64,000 nt of DNA from Octopus sinensis (lineage: Eukaryota): NCBI RefSeq assembly GCF_006345805.1, contig NC_043013.1:35898001-35962000 (forward strand), read 5' to 3'. Shown in pieces: positions 53,755 through 64,000 of the stretch. Each line of letters begins with the position of its first letter. Position 1 is the stretch's first letter. Under the pieces are notes generated by a model that was given only the letters and a program-made list of their open reading frames with translations, did not search any database and was not told the origin of the DNA. A program made the translations under genes and the position numbers.

Positions 53755-54269
53755 CACTAATACTTCTACTCTTACTACTACTACTACTACTCTTACTACG
53801 ACTACTACTACTACTACTATGACTACTACTACTGCCATGGCCATCACCATGGAAACTTGTATGCTTAAGTCAACAATAACACTAAAACCAGCATCATCAT
53901 CATTATCATCATCATCACCTTGATCATCAGCATGCTAACGACCAGCAACAGCACTGCAACTACAGCACCGTTGCATTGACGCCACCACCACCACCACCAA
54001 CAACAACAACAGTGTCAGCAGAATGGGCTCACACCAGTGGCCAGTGTAATCACGATGTGAAACAGGATTGAAGCTAGGACGTCTGTGGAATGCTGACCAG
54101 AGCCATGGAACAAACAACAGTAACAGAAACAACATCAGCAATGAAGTGAGAAAACTGATCTACAACAACAACAACAGCAATGATAGTAATGTGACCACCA
54201 CCACCAACAACAACAACAACAAGTGCAACAACATCACCACCATCACTAGCACCATACTACAACACAAAT

Positions 54270-54690
54270 AAATACGTATTTCTTTATTAGCCACAAGGGG
54301 CTAAACATAGAGGGGACAAACAAGGACAGACATAGGTATTAAGTCGATTACATCGACCCCAGTGCATAACTGGTACTTAATTTATCGACCCCAAAAGGAT
54401 GAATGGCAAAGTCGACCTCGGCGGAATTTGAACTCGCAACGTAATGGCAGACGAAATACCTATTTCTTTATTACCCACAAGGGGCTAAACATAGAGGGGA
54501 CAAACAAGGACAGACATAGGTATTAAGTCGATTACATCGACCCCAGTGCGTAACTGGTACTTAATTTATCGACCCCGAAAGGATGAAAGGTAAAGTTGAC
54601 CTCAGCGGAATTTGAACTCACAACGTAACGGCAGACGAAATACCGCTAAGCATTTCGCCCGACGTTCTAACATTTCTGCCAGCTCACCGG
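54270..54690 (-). mobile_element. CORE-type SINE with tandemly duplicated ~180-bp 3' part
   Basis: tatttctttatt...ggggctaaacatagaggggacaaacaaggacagac occurs twice, with a single head at about 54640-54690. Confidence 0.85.
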
Positions 54691-55272
54691 TGCTAGCAAC
54701 ATCATTGCCATCGTTATTGACAACAAAGGCTTTAAATTAAAACCATGATTTAGCAATAACTAGAAGACTGTGAAGATTCCACTCATACCTTTGGCTACAA
54801 TCACACACACACACACACACACATACACACACATACACACACACTATCTGTAGTGCAGGTGTGGCTGTGTGGTAAGTAGCTTGCTTCCCAACCTGTTGGT
54901 TTCAACTTCAATCCCACTGAACAGCACCCCAAGTTGACCAAGGCCTCGTGAGAGGATTTGGTAGACAGAAACTGAAAGAAGCCCATCACTTGTGTGTGTG
55001 TGTGTGTGTGTTTGTGTATGCATGTTTGTTTGTATTTTGCTATCTCCTTGTCTTGACATCATGTGATAGTGTCACTGTCATATAAGCAGTGTCTGTCATT
55101 TCCAATCTTCTGTGAAAATATGTCTGGCCATGGAAAAATATCACCTATTTTGGAAACAGTGGAGAGTTGGCAAAGGAAAGGACATCTGGTGGTGATGATG
55201 ATGATGATGATGATGTGTGTGTGTGCACACATGCGTATATACATACTTGTATTTGTGTATGTATGATGTATA

Positions 55273-55537
55273 CAGATTTATATTTAAGAGATGAGGAATT
55301 ATGTACATTATTTACATTATTTACATTTGGCAGATATTTGTCTTCATTTTGTTTGTTGTTAACACAATGTTTCAGCTGATATACCCTCCAGCCTTCATCA
55401 GGTGTCTTGGGGAAATTTTGAACCTGGGTTCTCATTCCTAATGTATTTTTCGATGAAGGTTGGAGGGTATGTCCGCCGAAACATTGTGTAAACAACAAAC
55501 AAGATGAGGACAAATATCCGTCAAATGTAAATAATGT
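55273..55537 (-). mobile_element. Head-to-head inverted pair of the hammerhead module seen at 12790-12929
   Basis: Minus copy 55273-55455 with an extra 3' tail; 5'-truncated plus copy 55452-55537 starting gatgaaggttggaggg. Confidence 0.85.
55361..55406 (-). ncRNA. Minimal type I hammerhead motif
   Basis: Minus strand: GACAC-[CUGAUGA]-A-GGCUG gaggguauau CAGCU-[GAAA]-CA-UU^-GUGUU. Confidence 0.72.
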
Positions 55538-55928
55538 GTATGATGTATGTTTAACAGATTTTACCCAGCCCCACATCACTTAAAGTTTCATAGGGGAAGG
55601 GCGATCTCACATTCTCATCCTGATGTATGGAGTTGGAATGAAGACAGGCAACTAATAGCAGACACAAGGAACGTATTCACATGGCAAGTTGTTTATACAA
55701 TTATATGATGTAATCAAGTCCTGTCTTCACAGTTGTTTTGGATAATCGATGACTGTTGCTATAATCATGAAAATTATATAATGAAATCCAATAACATTGT
55801 ACATCCATGGACTGGTATAGATTCTGAGAGATCTGTAGGGTGAAAATTATGATATGTTCATCAGAAACACCAGCAATTAGCAATTGATTATCTACACCAT
55901 GTTTACTTTACAATTATATAGCCCATTC

Positions 55929-55978
<50 letters not shown>

Positions 55979-56419
55979 CATCATCATCATCATTATTTAA
56001 CGTCTGTTTTCCGTGCTAGCACGGGTTGGACGGTTCGGCCAGGGTCTGGGAAGCCAGGGGGCTGCACCAAGCTCCAGTCTGATCTGGTAGTATTTCTACA
56101 GCTGGATGCCCTTCCTAACGCCAACCACTCCATGAGTGTAGTGAGTGCTTTTTACATGCCACTGGCACAGAAGCCAGTCAATATATATATATATATATAT
56201 ATAATATATATATATGTATATATATAGACCACTCTACCAGGCCTTTTTAAATGCACTTGCCAACATTGAAGCAACTGCCCCTACATTGACAACACTACAA
56301 ATATTAGTTGACCTAAGTCACAATATATTATTTCTCAGAATTTCTGTTGCACTTTATATAATGCACCATGTGCAAAATTTGCAGTATGAAGTGATATCAA
56401 AATGTGTCCTGGACTAGTT

Positions 56420-56990
56420 ATGCTTGATAAAAAATAACTTATTTACCATCATGTCCTTTGAAATAGCCTCTTTGCACAGCAATATACCAGTCCCAGCATT
56501 CCTGCCAGTTTTGGAATCCGGCCTGGAAGTTGTTTTCCCTGAGTTGAGGATGTTCTGTGGTGTGCTCTGGATCTTAACAACGGTGTTAAAACAGCAACAT
56601 TTTCATCTTGGAGAAGAGATGAAAGTCTGCAGGGGCTAAATCTGGAGAACAGGGTGGATGTGGAAGTAATACCATGTTGTCTTTGACAAGAAACACTTGA
56701 GTGAGGAGAGCTTAGTGATAAGGTCCATCGTCAGTATGATGAATCCACAGATCCTGTCTCCTTTGCCAAATGTCCTCCTTCAAACATTTCAAAACATCAC
56801 AGTAGAACTCTTGTTTGATAGTCTGGCCCTGGGGAAGGAATTCCTGATACACAATACCACATTTCCAGAGGTGACTCTCATAGTAGAACTTCCAGATTGT
56901 TCATCATTTTCCAGAGATGTTCTTCCACTTTTGAAGCACCTACACCACTCAAAACTGTGTACATGTGCGTTCCATTGTCTGTAAACTCGC
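56420..56990 (-). pseudogene. Decayed mariner transposase
   Basis: Minus strand LWIHHTDDG ... MVLLPHPPCSPDLAPADFHLF. Confidence 0.85.
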
Positions 56991-57007
56991 TAAAGCATAC
57001 TCAATAT

Positions 57008-57425
57008 CTCTTTTACTCTTTTACTTGTTTCAGTCATTTGACTGTGGCCATGCTGGAGCACCGCCTTTAGTTGATCGAGCAAATCAACCCCAGGACTTAT
57101 TCTTTGTAAGCCTAGTACTTATTCTATCGATCTCTTTTGCCAAACTGCTAAGCTATGGGGACGTAAACACACCACCATCAGTAGTCAAGTGAAGTTGGGG
57201 GGACAAACACAGACACACAAACATATACACACACACATCTATATATATATATATATATATACATACGATGTGTTTCTTTTCAGTTTCCGTCTACCAAATC
57301 CACTCACAAGGCATTGGCTAGCCCGAGGCTATAGTAGAAGACACTTGCCCAAGGTGCCACGCAGTGAGACTGAACCCAGAACCATGTGGTTGGTAAGCAA
57401 GCTACTTACCACACAGCCACTCCTG
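57008..57425 (-). mobile_element. tRNA-derived SINE (dominant family), full length
   Basis: Reverse-complement match to the family. Confidence 0.9.
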
Positions 57426-57933
57426 TATCAAATTTAACACAAAATTTCACTTTGGCTTTTTGTTTCTGTCGACGACAAAATTGCAGACTACAGCTCCAAA
57501 TAAATGCTTTCATATCTACTCCTACATTTCTCATTAGTTCATTAAACCCTTTTCTTTATCCTTATACTCACCCCACACTTCATCTTTTCCAATCATCTCA
57601 CTCTTGAATTCACCTGCTTCCCCATCTCATTTTATTCCTCTTTCCTCCAACCACTTCCTGTTCATGCTTCAAGCTCTGGTGGTCCTGCATCTTGCATGTT
57701 TTATCAGTTGCAGCTAGTGTTTCTAACTGAGAGGCTTAAAAAAATTCTGCTGTATAGTGGTTGGTGCTAGGAAGGACATCCAGCTGCATAAACCAAACCA
57801 AACCAAACCAGACTATGGAGCTATGTACATCCCCCCCCCAAAAAAAAAAAAAACTTACCAGCTCCTGTCAAGCCATCTTACCTGAAAAAATGGATGTAAA
57901 ATGATGAAGAAGATGATGATGATGATTGACTTT

Positions 57934-57966
57934 TCTCTGAAGAAGGATTCTGCCTGAAACGTTGGA
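57934..57966 (+). ncRNA. Minimal hammerhead motif with canonical core
   Basis: UCU-[CUGAAGA]-AGG auucug CCU-[GAAA]-CG-UU^-GGA; palindromic stem III ACGU. Confidence 0.55.
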
Positions 57967-58017
57967 TCTTCCACTCTCCACAGCTATGTTCACTGTACTC
58001 CTTTTATTGATTATACA

Positions 58018-58049
<32 letters not shown>

Positions 58050-58092
58050 GTTTAGTGATGCAAACAAAATAGAACTCAAAACATGAGTATAA

Positions 58093-58124
<32 letters not shown>

Positions 58125-58204
58125 TGGAGCAAATATCAGAATTGAACAGCCGAAATTTGCCATAATGATTCAGTGTCTGACTGAAGATTGAAGGCTTCGA
58201 ATGA

Positions 58205-58343
58205 TTTGTTTCCAACGAAGAGCTCCACTCGAAACGTTAAACCCTCCTTCTTTCCTACTTTCTTGAGCGTCCAATAATACTATATTTGTTCCACGTCCTC
58301 ACTTTGTTGTGTTTTTTTTTGTGCTTTCTTGTTTGGATTAACT
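58205..58343 (+). mobile_element. 5'-truncated copy of the CCGACGA hammerhead-element family
   Basis: tgttt-ccaacga-agagctccactc-gaaa-cgtt-aaac...cttgtttggattaac; begins right at stem I. Confidence 0.8.
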
Positions 58344-58755
58344 ATATACATACATACATGTTTTCCTAAATATTTAGCAGAAGCAACAGAGTGACTAAAG
58401 GGCTGAGAGTTTCGTAAATTAGCACTTATCAAACTAGCTACAAATTGAGAGGCTGTAAATTTATATACTGATGACAAACGTATGTAGCTATATGTATATA
58501 TTGTATATATATATATATATATATTACCTATGTTTCTATAGGTGTGTGTGTGTGTGTCTATTTATGCTGATACACAATATATAGAGGTATTGATAAATAG
58601 ATGGATACATAGATAGATAGATGGAAAACAGATACATAGGTAGATACATACATACATACATACATGCATACATATATACATATATATATATACATTGAGA
58701 CAGGCAACAACACACACATACACATATATATATATGTACATATATATATATATAT

Positions 58756-58810
<55 letters not shown>

Positions 58811-59365
58811 ATATATATATCGGTATATACTGACATATATTTAGCAAGAAGAAAATATATATGTATATATATATATCTTTGTGGTAAAAATGTTAACATA
58901 TTAATGATATATAATAAATATAAATACACACATGTATCTATATGAGTGTGTTTGAGTGTGCATGAATGTATACATATGTGCTATATATACATATATATAT
59001 ATTTGTATGTGTGTGTGTGTGTGTGTGTGTGTGCACGCACGCACATCCATGTGTACGTATATGCAAGTATATATGTATATATATATTAGGAATGCCGGAA
59101 TTATTTCTATAATTTACATAAATAACATCCAACTCATTTCTTTCTTTCTTTTCTTTTTTCTTTCAAAATTCTAAATAAACAACATATTATTTTTGAAATA
59201 TATTAAAATAAAATAATGTAAAGAAAAAAATGTTAAAAACAAAAGAAGCACACAAACAAAAATGTTGAATGCGAATATACAAAGAATTTATATGAGGAAG
59301 AAAACCTAGTAGGTATTTTATGTTGTGATTGATGAAAAAATGGTTATCATTAATATATATATATA

Positions 59366-59454
<89 letters not shown>

Positions 59455-59522
59455 ATATACATACATATAAATATATGTGTCTGTGTGTATACATACATAT
59501 GTATATATATATAATATAATAT

Positions 59523-59556
<34 letters not shown>

Positions 59557-59827
59557 CATACATATATATATATATACACACACATATACATATATGTATC
59601 TATGTTTAATATATAAGTATGTATATGTATGTACATATGTATCACATACATATATGTGTGTATGCAAAGATATATTATGTATTTTCATACACACACATAT
59701 ATATATATATATATATATGCATATATGTATATATCTATCTATGTGTGTGTATGTATATATATATATAGAGATATATATATATATAAATCTGTATCTATGC
59801 CCCTATGCATATGTGAGTTTGCGTGTA

Positions 59828-59867
<40 letters not shown>

Positions 59868-60677
59868 AAGTGATTGAGTGTCTCTGTTTGTATCATATAT
59901 TAAATGAGAAACTTATAAAACATGCATTCTTCAAAAAACAATTTTTTTAGAGTTAGATAGCAAAAAGAAAAATTAAACACACACACAGACTCACACACAC
60001 AAGCACACACATGCATACACACATACACACAAGTGCGCGTGCTCGCACACACGCACACACACACGTGCACACATGCATATGTATGCACATACATGCACAT
60101 TTGCACACACATACATATATATACTTACATATGTGTCAAAGAGATATACATGTGTGTATATATATTTATATATACATGAAAATATGCATATATTTATGTA
60201 TATAGATATATAGAAATAAACTCACACTAAAGAACATGTATACATAAATATATACATGCACACACATACATTCAAACGCATACACACACACTTATATATT
60301 CATGTATATTTACACATACATATACCATGTGCTCATTTTGTTTTACGTAACAAAAATTTATTTAATATATATATACGTACGCATATTAAGTAATATACTG
60401 TCACATGACCAGAATTTATGAAAACTGAATAAAAAAACTTTTAAAAAATATTATTCAATTTTCAAATATTTCACACTTTATATTCCTTTTGTGAAGGGAA
60501 TTTGTCAAAAATATATGAATATTAAGGTTAATATGTTATACATAACTTACTTTGTAACTCATCCTTTATGAATGAATCAATATTTGATTTTATATACACT
60601 TATATATATAAATGTATATACACATATATATACATACATACATATACATATATATATATATACATATATATATATAC

Positions 60678-60699
<22 letters not shown>

Positions 60700-60745
<46 letters not shown>

Positions 60746-61905
60746 ATGTATATGTGTGTGTGTTTGTATGTTTGTATGATTCAATGCATATAGGCATGCA
60801 TGCATGTAAATTAACAAATTTCTCTTTTATTATGTTTTAACGATATACTGTAGATTCTGGTAACATTAAAGTCAAGTGTACAGCATATGTTTCTATCAAA
60901 GTTGAATAAATCATATGAAATGAGGTAAAAATCAAGGACTAAACAAATAATAATAATAATAATAATATTTCAATGTTGATTTAACTGGCTTCTGACTTGT
61001 TATGCCGTTGCTTCATTGCTTTGCAATTTAGGAAAAAAAAACAAAAAAAAAGAAGAAAAAAAACCATACATCTTGTATTGAACGACAAAAAAAATAATTG
61101 CGAAAATTTTAAAAAAATTTAAGAGAAAAGCATATCATAAAAGATAAGAAAAGCAAAGAATATTGAAATAAACAAAAAGGAACTTTGGTATAAATTACAT
61201 ACATATATATATGTGTATGTATAAATATGCATATGTATGTATGTATAGGTACAGGTGTGGCTGTGTGGTAAGAAGCTTGCTTCCCAACCACATGGTTCCG
61301 GGTTCAGTCCCACTATGTAGCACCTAGACCAAGAGCCTTCTGCTATGGCCACAAGCTGGCCAAAGCCTTGTGAATGAATTTGGTAGATGGATGGAAACTG
61401 AAAGAAGCCTGTCATATATTCACCTATGTGTGTGTGTGTCTTTGTGTCTTTGTTTGTCCCCAACTAACACTTGGCAACCGGTGATGGTGTGTTTATATCC
61501 CTGTAACTTAGAATTTCAGCAAAAGTGACTAATAGAATAAGTATCAGGCTTAGAAGAAAAAAAATAAATACTGGATCTAATTTGTTTCAACTAAAAGTTC
61601 TTCTAGGCATTTCCCTAGCATGGCCACAGTCGAATGACTGAAATAAGTAAATAGATGATAGATATATATATATATATGCTTTTATTCTTTTACTACTAGT
61701 TTCAGTCATTTGGAGCACCACCTTAAATGGTTTTTATAGTCGACAAAATCAACCCCAGCACTTATCATTTGTAAGCCTAGTACTTATTCTATTGGTCTCT
61801 TTTGCTGAACTGCTAAGACACACACATACATGTGTGTGTGTGTGTATGCATACATATATGTATGTATGTGTGTATGTAGATAGATTGATAGATATAGATA
61901 TGTAC

Positions 61906-61983
<78 letters not shown>

Positions 61984-63137
61984 ATGTATATGTGTGTGTG
62001 TTTGTATGTTTGTATGATTCAATGCATATAGGCATGCATGCATGTAAATTAACAAATTTCTCTTTTATTATGTTTTAACGATATACTGTAGATTCTGGTA
62101 ACATTAAAGTCAAGTGTACAGCATATGTTTCTATCAAAGTTGAATAAATCATATGAAATGAGGTAAAAATCAAGGACTAAACAATAATAATAATAATAAT
62201 AATATTTCAATGTTGATTTAACTGGCTTCTGACTTGTTATGCCGTTGCTTCATTGCTTTGCAATTTAGGAAAAAAAAACAAAAAAAAAGAAGAAAAAAAA
62301 CCATACATCTTGTATTGAACGACAAAAAAAATAATTGCGAAAATTTTAAAAAAATTTAAGAGAAAAGCATATCATAAAAGATAAGAAAAGCAAAGAATAT
62401 TGAAATAAACAAAAAGGAACTTTGGTATAAATTACATACATATATATATGTGTATGTATAAATATGCATATGTATGTATGTATAGGTACAGGTGTGGCTG
62501 TGTGGTAAGAAGCTTGCTTCCCAACCACATGGTTCCGGGTTCAGTCCCACTATGTAGCACCTAGACCAAGAGCCTTCTGCTATGGCCACAAGCTGGCCAA
62601 AGCCTTGTGAATGAATTTGGTAGATGGATGGAAACTGAAAGAAGCCTGTCATATATTCACCTATGTGTGTGTGTGTCTTTGTGTCTTTGTTTGTCCCCAA
62701 CTAACACTTGGCAACCGGTGATGGTGTGTTTATATCCCTGTAACTTAGAATTTCAGCAAAAGTGACTAATAGAATAAGTATCAGGCTTAGAAGAAAAAAA
62801 ATAAATACTGGATCTAATTTGTTTCAACTAAAAGTTCTTCTAGGCATTTCCCTAGCATGGCCACAGTCGAATGACTGAAATAAGTAAATAGATGATAGAT
62901 ATATATATATATATGCTTTTATTCTTTTACTACTAGTTTCAGTCATTTGGAGCACCACCTTAAATGGTTTTTATAGTCGACAAAATCAACCCCAGCACTT
63001 ATCATTTGTAAGCCTAGTACTTATTCTATTGGTCTCTTTTGCTGAACTGCTAAGACACACACATACATGTGTGTGTGTGTGTATGCATACATATATGTAT
63101 GTATGTGTGTATGTAGATAGATTGATAGATATAGATA

Positions 63138-63165
<28 letters not shown>
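60700..63165. repeat. Tandem duplication of a ~1237-bp unit (2 near-identical copies)
   Basis: Identical ORF-track entries offset by 1237 (61109/62346, 61119/62356); junctions lie in (TA)n; each unit contains a SINE. Confidence 0.93.
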
Positions 63166-63172
<7 letters not shown>

Positions 63173-63174
<2 letters not shown>

Positions 63175-63301
63175 TTATTTTATAGAAGGAGCTTCTACAG
63201 GACTAGAACTGTTTCATTCAAAAGAAATCATCAGGAAGCCTGATGATTTCTTTTGAATGAAACAGTTCTAGTCCTGTAGAAGCTCCTTCTATAAAATAAA
63301 T
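63173..63301. repeat. Perfect 63-bp-arm palindrome with a 3-nt loop
   Basis: 63173-63235 is the exact reverse complement of 63239-63301. Confidence 0.95.
63190..63240 (-). ncRNA. Complete type I hammerhead motif
   Basis: Minus strand: GGCUUC-[CUGAUGA]-U UUC uuuu GAA U-[GAAA]-CAG uucuaguc CUG-UA^-GAAGCU. 6-bp stem I, 4-bp stem III, GUA cleavage triplet. Confidence 0.75.
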
Positions 63302-63378
63302 TAATTTACTCTGCTATGTATTGAGTACCTTATTTACTGTGGTTAACCCCGACTCAACCCGGGACCTACATATATATA

Positions 63379-63459
<81 letters not shown>

Positions 63460-64000
63460 GCATGTATGTATGTATGATGGGCTTCTTTTCAGTTTCCATC
63501 TACCAGATTCACTCACAAGGCTTGGGCCAGCTTGAGGCTATAGTAGAAATCTGAAAACTTTACTAATCATAACTCGAAGTTTTCCAATATTTAACAATAT
63601 GAAATGCAAAATAACAGTCACGGAAATCTACACCTTCCTCTGAATATGTTAAAATTCTACATCTAACGTTGAGATGGATTGCTCAAATGGTTTAGTGAAA
63701 ATATTTCAGGCAGGTTTTCTATGGTTGGATGCTCTTCCTGTTGCTAACCCTCACCTGTTTCCAAGTAAGGTAGTATTTCCCCACTGCCAAAAATGATTTT
63801 ACAGAATATTGGAAACAAAGGTCACCGTGTGCATGACATTGACATTTATTTACAACCATCAAGCAGTGTCAAAGCAAGGAGACAGTCTCACACGTACATG
63901 CACACACACACACACACCATCCAGTATAAATTTTGCAGCAAGGCAGTTATGAAAAACTATTTAGCAAACATGACTCTAAGTAAAGTTTTGGCTGCACCAG

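Overview
A repeat-saturated, non-coding window of a eukaryotic genome, with no host protein-coding gene I can support. The SINE families and microsatellite density resemble an octopus (coleoid cephalopod) genome; this is recognition, not a database result. Almost all ORF-track entries are translated microsatellites or SINEs. Supported features: many tRNA-headed, CORE-type and RTE-tailed SINEs; CR1 LINE 3' ends; a decayed RT fragment; mariner and DD37D-like transposase remnants; TTAA-bounded MITEs with internal tandem arrays; two kb-scale tandem duplications; and a 100-N gap. The notable signal is a set of short non-coding elements from about eight unrelated sequence families that carry type I hammerhead ribozyme motifs. 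Core variants are CUGAUGA, CUGAAGA, CCGACGA, CCGAUGA and UUGAUAA. Most sit in (TA)n tracts, and several are fold-back palindromes with a one-sided tail whose inversion point lies in or beside the ribozyme, the architecture expected of Penelope-like pseudo-LTR derivatives. One (12666-12929) joins a tRNA-derived Pol III head to the hammerhead module inside a single 13-bp target-site duplication, suggesting a hammerhead-carrying SINE.
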